Source: a virus
Length of the DNA: 64,000 nucleotides
Direction: 5' to 3' (one strand)
IMG/VR virus record: IMGVR_UViG_3300008111_000019
Coordinates: 47,088-111,087 of that record
This document shows, piece by piece, positions 1 to 10,503 of the stretch. Made by a program: the position numbers and the translations under genes. A model generated the notes under the pieces. It worked only from the letters and a program-made list of their open reading frames with translations, was not told the DNA's origin and made no database searches. The first letter of the stretch is position 1. The number at the start of each line of letters is the position of its first letter.

Positions 1-1
1 T

Positions 2-1228
2 GTTGTTGACTATATATTTGACGGTAACACAAATACGCTTACTATAAATGAGGATTCTCTAGAGATAGGTGATGTGGTATTGATTGTTAATGATCTTGCA
101 GTTCAGTATAGATTAGAAAATAACAATATTGTAATTGCTCCTTCAGTACCATTGACAGTTAATGATCCAATAACAATTACATGGTTTAGCGAATATCCTA
201 CACTTGATCTTATTAGCGATGAATTCAGTGGCGGAAAAGTAAATTACCAATTGCCAAGAAATCCAATCGATGTAAATTTCATATGGGTTTATAAAAATGG
301 AGAAAGATTAACCAAAGATAGAGATTATTACCTGTCATTGCCGAGGGGAGTGGTTTATCTAGTGGATCCTACAATCAGAACTGATTTAATTAAAATTATA
401 CAGTTTGGCACTAAAACTTATGAGCCACCTAGAGCATTTGAAATCTATAAAGATATGTTGAATAACAATATCTATAAGAGATATCAAAAGAAAAATTCAG
501 TTAAGTTGACTAAGGTTTTAAATTATTACGATACTACTGTAGAAGTATCAGATGCAACTCAATTATCTGAACCGATCCTAAGTAGAAATATTCCAGGTAT
601 CATTACTATTAATAACGAGCGTATTGAATACTTTGCCAAGAGCGGCAATGTACTTTCTCAATTGCGTAGGGGAAGTCTAGGCACTGCTATTAAAGAATCG
701 CATGCTATTGGAAGTTATGTAATTGATTCGGGTAGTGGAGAAACTATTTCTTATACAGATACAGAATCTACCAATGATTTCTTAAGTGACGGAACCCCCG
801 ACGATTCAACAGTGGGCGCAGCACAAACTATAGGACCGTTGGATTTCATACCTGCTAAATCTCAACGTAATTCTTGGTATAGAGATACTATCCCTCAAAC
901 TTATGGACCATGCGATACTATCGAAGTATTTGTGGGTGGAAAACGATTGAGAAAAAATCCTATAGATTTATACAATTCAGAATTGTCTGCAAGTAGTCCT
1001 GCAGGCGATGAGCATATCGAAGCAGAGTTTAGTGTAGATGGATCTACAGCATTTGTGAGATTAACCGAAACAGTGCCTGCAGGAACCAAGATAACAGTGG
1101 TTCGTAAAACAGGTAGAATTTGGTATGACAAAGGCGAAACTACTGCAAGTACAGGAATATCTCTGCTATACAATGATACTCCAATCGCAAAATTCATCGA
1201 TGCGGGTAGCACTGAATTGCCCGAATAA
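2..1228 (+). CDS. Large virion structural (baseplate-like) protein, C-terminal part; 5' end outside window
   Basis: Frame is open from position 2, upstream of the track's GTG at 74; beta-rich; first gene of the baseplate/fibre block. Confidence 0.6.
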   Translation, partial: VVDYIFDGNTNTLTINEDSLEIGDVVLIVNDLAVQYRLENNNIVIAPSVPLTVNDPITITWFSEYPTLDLISDEFSGGKVNYQLPRNPIDVNFIWVYKNGERLTKDRDYYLSLPRGVVYLVDPTIRTDLIKIIQFGTKTYEPPRAFEIYKDMLNNNIYKRYQKKNSVKLTKVLNYYDTTVEVSDATQLSEPILSRNIPGIITINNERIEYFAKSGNVLSQLRRGSLGTAIKESHAIGSYVIDSGSGETISYTDTESTNDFLSDGTPDDSTVGAAQTIGPLDFIPAKSQRNSWYRDTIPQTYGPCDTIEVFVGGKRLRKNPIDLYNSELSASSPAGDEHIEAEFSVDGSTAFVRLTETVPAGTKITVVRKTGRIWYDKGETTASTGISLLYNDTPIAKFIDAGSTELPE

Positions 1229-1231
1229 ATA
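1224..1231 (+). promoter_or_regulatory. Late promoter-like AATAAATA
   Basis: Matches the xATAAATA motif recurring before structural genes; overlaps the stop codon; 5 nt before ATG 1237. Confidence 0.5.
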
Positions 1232-1236
1232 CTACT

Positions 1237-1905
1237 ATGAACAAATCATCAGAGCCAAATATGATAGAAAATCAGCCCGAAAATCAACAAAAATATGAAA
1301 AACCCAACGAATCTGGGGGTTTTCATTTCGAAGGACACATCAAAATATTTGATCCGGAAAACGGAGAAGTCCTAATAGATAAAAGAAATGCCATCCACTA
1401 CGAAAATATGAGTGTGGCCATGGTCAATGCTTTGAGCAATCAAGGACAGGGAACCATATATGAAATGGTTTTTGGTAATGGTGGAACCACAGTAGATCCC
1501 ACAGGGTTGATCACATATCTAACAACTAATACTGTAGGTATCAATACTAGTTTGTATAATCAAACATACAATAAAGTAGTTGATCAAAATTCTGCTAATA
1601 ACACAGATCCTGTGAGAAACAAGATGGAAATACGTCATATTAGCGGTGCTACTTACAGCGACATTATTGTAAGTTGTATCCTTGATTACTCTGAACCAGA
1701 TGGTCAGCAGGCTTTTGATAATTCTGTAGACATGAGCGGAAATTTTGTATTTGATGAATTAGGTTTGCGCAGTTATAACCCAGACGGAACAGGAAAACTT
1801 CTAACACATGTTATATTTCATCCTGTGCAAAAATCATTGAACAGACTTTTACAAATCGATTACACGATTAGAATACAGAGTCTAACCAGTTTCGTTGAGG
1901 TGTAA
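1237..1905 (+). CDS. Baseplate/fibre-attachment structural protein
   Basis: FDELGL...LLTHVIFHPVQKS..R...IDY pattern typical of baseplate/tail-collar attachment proteins; structural context. Confidence 0.6.
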   Translation: MNKSSEPNMIENQPENQQKYEKPNESGGFHFEGHIKIFDPENGEVLIDKRNAIHYENMSVAMVNALSNQGQGTIYEMVFGNGGTTVDPTGLITYLTTNTVGINTSLYNQTYNKVVDQNSANNTDPVRNKMEIRHISGATYSDIIVSCILDYSEPDGQQAFDNSVDMSGNFVFDELGLRSYNPDGTGKLLTHVIFHPVQKSLNRLLQIDYTIRIQSLTSFVEV

Positions 1906-1908
1906 TAG

Positions 1909-3981
1909 ATGCCATATATTGTAAATTTTACAGATAAAGACAATAAACTGCCAATAACAGTTTATGATAATACATCTAGCAACGATACTAGTTTAACATT
2001 TCCTGGAAGAAACGTTACAGGATACGGACAGATTATTGCTGAAAACTTTTTGGCCATACTAGAAAATTTTGCCAAAGATACTGCACCAGTAAACCCAATC
2101 GAAGGCCAATTATGGTATGACACAGGGACTGCTAGATTAAAAATATGGGATAGCACTTTATGGAAAAGTGCGTCTAGTATCCAGACTAGCAGTGTTGAAC
2201 CTCCAACTGAAGAAAGTAAAGTAGGTGAGTTGTGGGTTGATACAGTTAATCAACAGGTATATGTTTATTCTGGTACACGATGGATTTTAGTAGGTCCTAC
2301 ATTTTCTACAGGTTTACGTAGCGGTCCACTAGTTGAATCTATTATAGACTCCGACAACATCACTAGGGTTGTATTAACCTTATACATTGAAGATGTGCCA
2401 GTGGTTATTATTAGTAGAGATAAATTTACTCCTAAAATTTCTATTTCTGGTTTTACAATTATTAACTCGGGATTCAATATTACTTCAAATGATGTAAGTG
2501 AAATTGCTGCCGAAACTAAAATATGGGGTACTGCTACATCTGCAGAATCCTTAATTATCAATGATGTTGAAATTCCTGCTTCTCGATTTATGAGAACAGA
2601 TATAACAAACACTTCAGATTTTCCTATAAACATTAGAAATAACAGTGGTGTTTTGATTGGAGTCAATAGTAATTTCAGTATCAGCACTTCTGAAACCTCT
2701 GCAAAAATTTACAATAGTTCTGTAGGATCTAGTATAGATTTACAAATTAACAGAGAAGGGGCACCAACTACTGTATTAAGAGTTTTTGATAACAAGATAG
2801 GTATAAACGTTGCTGCCCCGGAAGAGTCTTTAGATGTTGACGGAAATATTAGAACTAACGGAAGTTTAATATTAACCGGTACAGCATCTAGTACTAATTT
2901 TAATAATGGTACGTTTAGAACTGCAGGCGGTGCAGCAATTTCTAAAAATCTATTAGTCGGCGAAGGTATAATAGTAAATGGCACAGCCAATTTTGAAAAC
3001 ACTCAGCCGCAGACTACAGATACCTATGACTCCGGTAGTGTTACAAAGAGATGGAAAACAGTTAGAACTAAAACACTTGTAGCAGAAAATATTGAAGGTG
3101 TTTTAGTAGGTAACATTGTAGGTAATGCAACTACAGCAACCAATTTAAAATTTCCTACTACATTTAGAATTGAAGGAGATATTACATCTCCTAACGTATC
3201 GTTTGACGGACAGGTTGGCGGTCTAACTAAAACTTTCAACACCACACTGACTGCAACATTGATTAGTAGTAAAAATGAACCAGTTCCTAATACCAGCAAG
3301 CCCGATGACTATGTTTTAGTATTCAGAGGCGGTACTGGTCTATTAAAAGAAACCAGAGATGTATTCATTGGAGATTTAGGAGTACCAGTCGGAGGTATTA
3401 TACCTTTTGCAGGCGCTTTTGCTCCGTATGGTTATTTGCTTTGTGATGGTAGCGAAGTTGAAAAAACCAAATATAGTTTATTGTTTGACGTTATAGGTAA
3501 TACCTACAACGGAGCATTACCCTTAGTGGGTGTAGGTACATATCGTTTACCTGATCTGCGAGGCAGATTCCCCCTAGGTAAAGATAATATGGATAACGGA
3601 ATAACAGTGCCAAATACCACAGGTGGATATATTGATGCAGGTGGCGGAAATATTGACAGAGTTTCTGGTACTGCGCCTGATAACCTAGGCGACGGTGGCG
3701 GTCAATCTACTAATAATTTAACAGTGTCTAATCTTCCTGATCATGAACACAACATGAAAGGTTCTACAGGCCAGCAATATTATGCTTCTAGACTTGACAC
3801 AGCCATTCCTTTAGATACAGGATCTTTTTCTGATAAAGGACCTACATCACTTGGTCAAACACAATATGTTCCTACATCGGGCGGAGTTAAGACTGCAGGA
3901 GCACTGGGACAGGCCTTTTCAGTGATGAACCCGTACTTAACATTAAACTATATTATTCGCTCGGGCCCACCGAACTTCTAA
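1909..3981 (+). CDS. Tail fibre protein with C-terminal phage tail-collar domain
   Basis: PVGGIIPFAG..APYGYLLCDG..YRLPDLRGRFPLG..MNPYLTLNYII collar signature; N-terminal domain shared with the next three genes. Confidence 0.85.
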   Translation: MPYIVNFTDKDNKLPITVYDNTSSNDTSLTFPGRNVTGYGQIIAENFLAILENFAKDTAPVNPIEGQLWYDTGTARLKIWDSTLWKSASSIQTSSVEPPTEESKVGELWVDTVNQQVYVYSGTRWILVGPTFSTGLRSGPLVESIIDSDNITRVVLTLYIEDVPVVIISRDKFTPKISISGFTIINSGFNITSNDVSEIAAETKIWGTATSAESLIINDVEIPASRFMRTDITNTSDFPINIRNNSGVLIGVNSNFSISTSETSAKIYNSSVGSSIDLQINREGAPTTVLRVFDNKIGINVAAPEESLDVDGNIRTNGSLILTGTASSTNFNNGTFRTAGGAAISKNLLVGEGIIVNGTANFENTQPQTTDTYDSGSVTKRWKTVRTKTLVAENIEGVLVGNIVGNATTATNLKFPTTFRIEGDITSPNVSFDGQVGGLTKTFNTTLTATLISSKNEPVPNTSKPDDYVLVFRGGTGLLKETRDVFIGDLGVPVGGIIPFAGAFAPYGYLLCDGSEVEKTKYSLLFDVIGNTYNGALPLVGVGTYRLPDLRGRFPLGKDNMDNGITVPNTTGGYIDAGGGNIDRVSGTAPDNLGDGGGQSTNNLTVSNLPDHEHNMKGSTGQQYYASRLDTAIPLDTGSFSDKGPTSLGQTQYVPTSGGVKTAGALGQAFSVMNPYLTLNYIIRSGPPNF

Positions 3982-3991
3982 GGTATAAGAC

Positions 3992-5830
3992 ATGGCATAT
4001 ACGATTAATAAAACAGACGGAACAATTTTAGCAACAGTGGCCGACGGACAGATAGATACTATCAGTAGTGATCTCACTTTGATAGGTAAAAACTATAGCG
4101 GTTTCGGCGAATCTATCAACGAAAATTTTATCAAATTACTGGAAAATTTTTCTAGCACAGCAGCACCAGATAATCCTATTAGAGGCCAAATTTGGTTCGA
4201 TGTTAATGAACTTAAATTAAAAGTTTATAACGGCAATGCTTTTGTTCCTGTAAGTTCTGCAACTATTTCAAACACACAACCTACAAGTTTAGGTGTTGGT
4301 GATTTATGGTTCAATGATGTTGATAAACAGTTATATTTTTATGATGGGTCTAACACTATACTTTTAGGTCCTGATTATTCTCAGAGTCAAGGCCTAAGCG
4401 GATTAAAAGTAGCCAATATTTTAGACTCGCTCAATCAAAATCGAGTTATTACTTATTTGTATAATAACGGTATTTTGTTAGGAATATTTTCCAAAGATTC
4501 TTTTACTCCTAAGTTGCCTATACAAGGATTCACAGGAGAGATTAATCCAGGATTTAATTCCGGCACATTGTCCGGAATGAAATTTTATGTTACAGCCACT
4601 AATGCTGACAGTTTAGGTAATCAACCTGCAAGTTCTTATGTAAGAAATGATACCAACAATATTATCAACGGCGGATTAATTCTTACTTCAAATTTAGGAT
4701 TGATTATCGGTGATGCAAGTCAAGGTCAATTTAACATTTCTGACGGTAATCTTACAATCGCTAATATTGCGTCTAACAAAGACATTACATTAACAGTAAG
4801 ACGAGATGTTATTGCTGAACAAGCAATTAAGATTAGATCTTTATCGAGAAAAATAAATCTTTATGAAGGTATACCTGATAGTGAAGTAGATGTTGGCGGG
4901 GATCTAATTGTACAGGGAGATCTTACAGTTAATGGTGATTTTGTAACTATCAATACCAGCACATTGACTGTTGAAGATAAAAATATAGTATTAGCCAAGC
5001 AAACCAACACTTTACCTACAGACGGAAATGCTGCTGGTGGCGGAGTGATATTACAAGGCGCCACTAGTCATGTGTTCTTATGGCACGATGTTGGTCAAGT
5101 AGCAACTTCTAACTCTTCGGAAGCGATTGCCGATGGGTATAACGATGCATGGCCTCAGTTAGCCAGCGGTGCTTGGAACAGTTCGGAACATATCAATTTA
5201 GCATCCGGCAAAGAATTTAAGATCAATGGTGTTACAGTTTTATCTAGTACATCGCTTGGTCCTGGTATTACAAGTATTCCTGGCGTAACTAGTTTCGGTG
5301 CGCAAACTCAATTTACAGTAGATGATCTGTTTATGGATAACAGTACTATTGAAGTGACTGCTCCTAATACAGATTTGACGTTAGATATTAACGGCACAGG
5401 TACCCTTAATTTAAGCAGTAAGAAAATTACCAACGTTGCTAATCCAACTTCTGCTCAAGACGCCGCCACAAAAAATTATGTAGACACTACAGTGCGAAGC
5501 AGAAGTATCGTGTTAAGTATGGATATTTCCGACGGTATATCTAACTCTGCTATCGCCGGATTAGTTGAGCAGGTAGCCCCTGCTGCTGAATATGCGAATG
5601 GAACTATTGCCCGTGTACTATGTTCTCAATTAGTAAACGGTACTACATCTTTAGACATCAATCCGTTATTGTCTACAGGTACTACTGAATTTAACACACC
5701 AACTGGTACTGCATTCGGTGTTAGCAGTATTGCTTTTGGATTAGCCACTGTAGCAGCACCGGGTATCCTTGTGTCTAGAACTGTAAAAACATTCCAGATC
5801 ATAAGCAGTGCTTGGTCGTTCGTATCATGA
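3992..5830 (+). CDS. Tail fibre protein
   Basis: Shared N-terminus (GKNYSGFGE..NENF..LLENF); KITNVANPTSAQDAATKNYVD trimeric-fibre motif. Confidence 0.8.
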   Translation: MAYTINKTDGTILATVADGQIDTISSDLTLIGKNYSGFGESINENFIKLLENFSSTAAPDNPIRGQIWFDVNELKLKVYNGNAFVPVSSATISNTQPTSLGVGDLWFNDVDKQLYFYDGSNTILLGPDYSQSQGLSGLKVANILDSLNQNRVITYLYNNGILLGIFSKDSFTPKLPIQGFTGEINPGFNSGTLSGMKFYVTATNADSLGNQPASSYVRNDTNNIINGGLILTSNLGLIIGDASQGQFNISDGNLTIANIASNKDITLTVRRDVIAEQAIKIRSLSRKINLYEGIPDSEVDVGGDLIVQGDLTVNGDFVTINTSTLTVEDKNIVLAKQTNTLPTDGNAAGGGVILQGATSHVFLWHDVGQVATSNSSEAIADGYNDAWPQLASGAWNSSEHINLASGKEFKINGVTVLSSTSLGPGITSIPGVTSFGAQTQFTVDDLFMDNSTIEVTAPNTDLTLDINGTGTLNLSSKKITNVANPTSAQDAATKNYVDTTVRSRSIVLSMDISDGISNSAIAGLVEQVAPAAEYANGTIARVLCSQLVNGTTSLDINPLLSTGTTEFNTPTGTAFGVSSIAFGLATVAAPGILVSRTVKTFQIISSAWSFVS

Positions 5831-5849
5831 TAAAGAATTGGAGCGATAA

Positions 5850-7679
5850 ATGGCCTATGTAATTAATAAAACTAACGGATTACAGTTAATAGTCTTAGAA
5901 GACGGAACAGTAGATACGTCAACTAGTGTAGGTTTGGTAGGACGTAACTATACAGGTTACGGCGAAATCCAGAATGAAAATTTCTTAGGCCTTTTAGAAA
6001 ATTGGGCCAATGCTAATCCTCCTTCTCGTCCAATAAGTGGACAGACATGGTTTAATACTTTTAATAAAACTCTTAATGTCTATGAAGGAGACAAGTGGGT
6101 ACCTGTTGGGTCAACAGTGATTCAAAATACCAGTCCCGAAGGCATCGCTGGAACATTGTGGTTTAAAGGTTCAACAAAACAATTATTTGTCTATAATGAA
6201 AATGCATGGAATCTTGTTGGACCCGAAGGACTTGAAGGATTCGGAGAAACTAGATCTATTTCTACTTTTCTATTAGATTCAACTGGTGCTCAAAGACCAA
6301 TTATATTAAATGTTGTAGATGATAAAGTTATATCTATGACAGCCAGTTCGGCATACCTTATCAGGGCCAACGAACAAACTCATATCACTAACAAATACAA
6401 TTTAGGTTATACCGATAGCGTGTTAAGAACAGTTAGTTCTGGTGTTAACCTAAATATGTTTCCTTCTTTTGGTAATAATTTTATAGGTGCATTAGACGGA
6501 AATGCAGCATCTGCTAGTAGACTAGAAACTCCAAGATTTATCAACGGCATTGCCTTTGATGGACAGAATGATATAACAATAACTTCATCAACTACAGGTA
6601 CACTGAATAGGGGTAGTTATCTAACAGGGAATAATTTTAACGGTTTAAATACCGTGACTTGGGCTGTTGATGCTAGTTCATCTAATTTAATAGGTAAAGT
6701 TGTAGCCAGAGACAGCGCCGGCGACTTTGCTGCCGGAACAATTACAGCAAATTTAGTAGGTAATGTCACAGGTAATGTAACTGCTACAGAAGGCACAAGT
6801 TCTTTTAATGTGGTACAAGCCAACGAGTTTGTAGGAGCGCAACTATCTGGCAATGCGTTTACTGCAACTAGATTGAAAACTCCTAGAACTATAAACGGAG
6901 TAGCGTTCGATGGCAGTGCTGATATCACTGTTACTGCCGCTGCAGATACATTGACAGGTACACAGTTAGCGGCTAACATTGTTCAATTAGGTACACTGAA
7001 TCAATTGAATGTAGCGGACACTGGAATATCTATAGGTAATTCCGGTCAGTTAGATATTTTTATTGATGTGTCTATTCCTACTATTAGAGATACTTCATCA
7101 CAAGGCATTACTTTTAATATTATCGATAATACTATAGGCGATGTAGATTTCAAATTAATTAACAGTACACTGTCGCTATCTCTAGGAGGCGCTAACGCAC
7201 CTGCATTTGTGCCAGAAAATGACAATGTAACTCATTTAGGTATTGTTACTAAACGTTGGAATACTGTTCATGCTAATCTATTTCAAGGTACTGCTACTGC
7301 TGCACGTTATGCCGACCTAGCAGAAAACTATCTAGCAGATGTAGATTATGAACCAGGTACAGTTTTAGAATTTGGTGGCAGTCAAGAAGTTACTGTAGCA
7401 GAAGATGAAACTCGTAAAGTGGCAGGAGTTGTGTCTAGTAATCCAGCATATTTAATGAACAGCGAATTACAAGGCGATCATGTAGTTGCCCTAGCACTAC
7501 AGGGAAGAGTTCCTTGTAAAGTTAGAGGCAAAATCCGTAAAGGAGACATGCTAGTCAGTGGCGGAAACGGCTATGCTAGACCTACTATAGATCCTAAAAT
7601 AGGCACTATTATCGGTAAAGCACTGGAAGATTTTGAAGGTACAGACGGAATTATTGAAATTGTAGTGGGCAGAGTTTAA
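5850..7679 (+). CDS. Tail fibre protein with C-terminal intramolecular-chaperone/autocleavage-like domain
   Basis: Two LxTPRxINGxAFDG repeats; C-terminal YADLAENY..YEPGTV..GVVSSNPAYLMN..ALQGRVPCKV (peptidase G2/IMC-like). Confidence 0.8.
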   Translation: MAYVINKTNGLQLIVLEDGTVDTSTSVGLVGRNYTGYGEIQNENFLGLLENWANANPPSRPISGQTWFNTFNKTLNVYEGDKWVPVGSTVIQNTSPEGIAGTLWFKGSTKQLFVYNENAWNLVGPEGLEGFGETRSISTFLLDSTGAQRPIILNVVDDKVISMTASSAYLIRANEQTHITNKYNLGYTDSVLRTVSSGVNLNMFPSFGNNFIGALDGNAASASRLETPRFINGIAFDGQNDITITSSTTGTLNRGSYLTGNNFNGLNTVTWAVDASSSNLIGKVVARDSAGDFAAGTITANLVGNVTGNVTATEGTSSFNVVQANEFVGAQLSGNAFTATRLKTPRTINGVAFDGSADITVTAAADTLTGTQLAANIVQLGTLNQLNVADTGISIGNSGQLDIFIDVSIPTIRDTSSQGITFNIIDNTIGDVDFKLINSTLSLSLGGANAPAFVPENDNVTHLGIVTKRWNTVHANLFQGTATAARYADLAENYLADVDYEPGTVLEFGGSQEVTVAEDETRKVAGVVSSNPAYLMNSELQGDHVVALALQGRVPCKVRGKIRKGDMLVSGGNGYARPTIDPKIGTIIGKALEDFEGTDGIIEIVVGRV

Positions 7680-7690
7680 TAACAGGGTAC

Positions 7691-7698
7691 GATAAATA
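7691..7698 (+). promoter_or_regulatory. Late promoter GATAAATA
   Basis: T4-like late promoter motif in the intergenic gap, followed by GGAG SD and ATG 7721. Confidence 0.6.
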
Positions 7699-7720
7699 AG
7701 TGTATATACGGAGTTAATCA

Positions 7721-9466
7721 ATGGCATATCAAGTAGACAAGTTTAATGGGACGAGATTAGTCTCTGTAGAAGACGGCACCATTGATACCACTACCGACAT
7801 ACGTTTTGTAGGTAAAAACTACGCAGGATACGGTGAAGTACAGAACGAGAATTTTTTACATCTATTAGAAAATTTCTCAAATACCAGTGCTCCTCCTAAG
7901 GTAGTAACCGGGCAGATATGGTATGATAGTGGTAATAAAAAGTTAAGATTTTATGATGGTAGTCGTTTTAGGACTGCCAGCGGTGCAGAAATAGGAACGA
8001 CAGCCCCATCCGGGCTTCAAGCAGGAGATTTTTGGTTCGATACCAGCGCAGAACAGTTGTATGCTTATAACGGTTCTACGTTTGTTTTGATAGGACCAGA
8101 AACTACCCCAGAATTAGGTGCTGCCTCATTGACAGCACAGGTAGTAAAAGATACTCTAGGTACTAATCACAGCATAGGAAAAATTATTTCCGGCGGTGAT
8201 ACCATTGCTATTGTTAGTAAAGATGCGTTTACTCTAGACAGTGGGTTGAACCCCATTACTGGATTCACCACAATAAAGAAAGGTTTGAATCTTGTTAATA
8301 CTAACGGATCTACTGGAGTTACCAGTACAGACCACTTCTATTGGGGAACAGCATCAAATGCTGCTAGATTGGGTGGCTTTTTGGCCAGCGAATATGTAAG
8401 AACTGGAGAAGTTCGATTCGATACAGAGGTGAATTATTCAGATCCTGGTTTAACCATTGGCGGTAATTATCCTTCATACAGTAAAGATCTAGTTCTTAAA
8501 ATAGAGAATGGTGATGAACCAATTATTGAATCTAGATTAGCCAGCCCACTAACTCTTCGTGTAAGAGTTTCAGCCAGCGATGTGCGTAATTTTTATATTA
8601 CTTCTACAGGCTTTTTGCCAGGAGCCAATAATTTTTACAATTTAGGTTCTTCTACAGAAAATTGGGCTAATGTTTACGCTACGACATTTACAGGAAATCT
8701 AAGTGGATCAGTAACTGGTAACACGTCTGGTACACATACAGGTCCAATGGTAGGCAATTTAACCGGTAATGTGATTGGAAATTTAAATGGCACAGTCACA
8801 GGAAACGTTATTGGATCAGTTACTGGAACGGCTAGTAATGCTTTAACCTTAAACAGTCTAAATAGTGAATTTGGTGCAGTGGCAGTATCGGTGGCTATCA
8901 GAGACGCATCTGCCAATCTTACAGCAAACAGATTTATTGGAATCGCAGATAAGTCAGATAGATTAAAAATTGATGACAGTGCTACAGATACAGATCCTAG
9001 TTATAGGTCTGCTAAAACTCTTGCTTCTGGTAATACTATTGCAGCCAGAGATAGTTTAGGTAATTTGTTTGCAGTTTTGTTTGACGGTACTGCTACAGCA
9101 GCGAAATATGCTGACCTAGCAGAGAAGTATCTTACAGATCGTGAGTATGAACCAGGTACAGTAGTGACAGTGGGCGGCGAAGCAGAAGTTAGAGCCACTG
9201 TTTTTGGAGATCGTGCTATCGGAGTAGTAAGTACAAATCCAGCATTTATGATGAACAAAGAGTTAGAAGGTGGTACATATATTGCCCTAAAAGGTCGTGT
9301 ACCGTGCAAGGTAGTAGGATCGGTACGCAAAGGCGATCGATTAGTGGCTACAGAAAATGGTTGTGCTATCGCTGCCAGTTTCCATCAACATCCAGATGTT
9401 TTTGGTATCGCTTTACAAAGTGATCAAGATGTTGGCGTCAAAACTATAGAAGTGTTAGTATTATAA
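7721..9466 (+). CDS. Tail fibre protein with C-terminal intramolecular-chaperone/autocleavage-like domain
   Basis: Shared N-terminus; G-x-x-x repeats; C-terminal YADLAEKY..YEPGTV..GVVSTNPAFMMN..ALKGRVPCKV. Confidence 0.8.
   Translation: MAYQVDKFNGTRLVSVEDGTIDTTTDIRFVGKNYAGYGEVQNENFLHLLENFSNTSAPPKVVTGQIWYDSGNKKLRFYDGSRFRTASGAEIGTTAPSGLQAGDFWFDTSAEQLYAYNGSTFVLIGPETTPELGAASLTAQVVKDTLGTNHSIGKIISGGDTIAIVSKDAFTLDSGLNPITGFTTIKKGLNLVNTNGSTGVTSTDHFYWGTASNAARLGGFLASEYVRTGEVRFDTEVNYSDPGLTIGGNYPSYSKDLVLKIENGDEPIIESRLASPLTLRVRVSASDVRNFYITSTGFLPGANNFYNLGSSTENWANVYATTFTGNLSGSVTGNTSGTHTGPMVGNLTGNVIGNLNGTVTGNVIGSVTGTASNALTLNSLNSEFGAVAVSVAIRDASANLTANRFIGIADKSDRLKIDDSATDTDPSYRSAKTLASGNTIAARDSLGNLFAVLFDGTATAAKYADLAEKYLTDREYEPGTVVTVGGEAEVRATVFGDRAIGVVSTNPAFMMNKELEGGTYIALKGRVPCKVVGSVRKGDRLVATENGCAIAASFHQHPDVFGIALQSDQDVGVKTIEVLVL
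8686..8830 (+). repeat. Degenerate 12-nt (G-x-x-x) coding repeat in tail fibre
   Basis: FTGNLSGSVTGNTSGTHTGPMVGNLTGNVIGNLNGTVTGNVIGSVTG, Gly every 4 residues. Confidence 0.7.
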
Positions 9467-9476
9467 GGAATAGAAA

Positions 9477-10448
9477 ATGCCAATCGGTGATTTAATTAGT
9501 GTAACAGACTATAACAATATTAGAACTAAAATTTCTGGTATCATGGGACCAGGTTCTACTAACAGTGGATATGGTCAAACTTTGAATGCTCCTACAGCAT
9601 TATCATCAGGAGCCACAGTAACTAAAGCACAATGGGACAATTTAAGATTTGATATCTATAATGCCATAGTACACCAAACCGGTTCAGCACCTAGTATTAC
9701 TACAATTAATGAAGGCGATGTTATAAGATACGGAACATCCCATCCTAATTTTCAATATAACACATTAGCAGATCAAGCCATAACAAATAAATTCAATTTA
9801 GGCACAGGGCAGTTTGTTACAGAGGCTATTGGATCACAATCAAGATTCTCTAATTGGACTTCTTTAGTTACTTCCACAGTCACAATCAATTTTGCAGACA
9901 ATAATGCCTGTAGATATTTCTTTAACAGTGGCGGTAAAATACGATTTGCCAGCACTAGATCAGGCGGGTCAGGAACTCTTCAAGATCAAAGATGGTCTAG
10001 TTTATTAAGTGGTGCAGGGCAGCCGTTCTTTGCCGGTAATTCTACTTTATATCCTGCCTCTGGCGGTAATGCCACATACAATAATATTGGTTTTTGGCAA
10101 TTGACCACATCTGATCAACAGGTTTGGTCATTCCAAGCCAGTAGTCCCTATACTGCAAACACATGGGTGTTGCAGGCTAGATTGGCAAGTGGAACTACCA
10201 GTACCGCAACATCCGTTATACTAACAGTAAGATGGCAGGATAATTATGTTGATCCTGCAACATCTCCACATACACCAACTACCGTTCTTCCTTTTGACGA
10301 AGTAACAGGAACACTATCATTAAGTGTAGATCAAGTACGGGCTAGAGGCGAGTTGGCTCCTTCATTGATTCCTAACAGTTTTGCTATTACTGGCCCGATA
10401 TTAGTCGGTGGCGGTGCATCTACAGTAGGCGCTATTTCCGGTAGTTAA
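9477..10448 (+). CDS. Virion structural protein (fibre/baseplate associated)
   Basis: Ser/Thr/Gly-rich; last gene of fibre operon; SD AAGGA upstream. Confidence 0.55.
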   Translation: MPIGDLISVTDYNNIRTKISGIMGPGSTNSGYGQTLNAPTALSSGATVTKAQWDNLRFDIYNAIVHQTGSAPSITTINEGDVIRYGTSHPNFQYNTLADQAITNKFNLGTGQFVTEAIGSQSRFSNWTSLVTSTVTINFADNNACRYFFNSGGKIRFASTRSGGSGTLQDQRWSSLLSGAGQPFFAGNSTLYPASGGNATYNNIGFWQLTTSDQQVWSFQASSPYTANTWVLQARLASGTTSTATSVILTVRWQDNYVDPATSPHTPTTVLPFDEVTGTLSLSVDQVRARGELAPSLIPNSFAITGPILVGGGASTVGAISGS

Positions 10449-10454
10449 TTTTTC

Positions 10455-10498
10455 CTCCTATAAAACCACATATAAATAATGTGCGTATTTTATAGGAG
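10455..10498 (+). promoter_or_regulatory. RBS-occluding hairpin with late promoter TATAAATA (10471-10478) in its loop
   Basis: Perfect 11-bp IR CTCCTATAAAA/TTTTATAGGAG plus inner CACAT/ATGTG; 3' arm contains the AGGAG SD of ORF 10504. Confidence 0.8.
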
Positions 10499-10503
10499 TT
10501 CAC

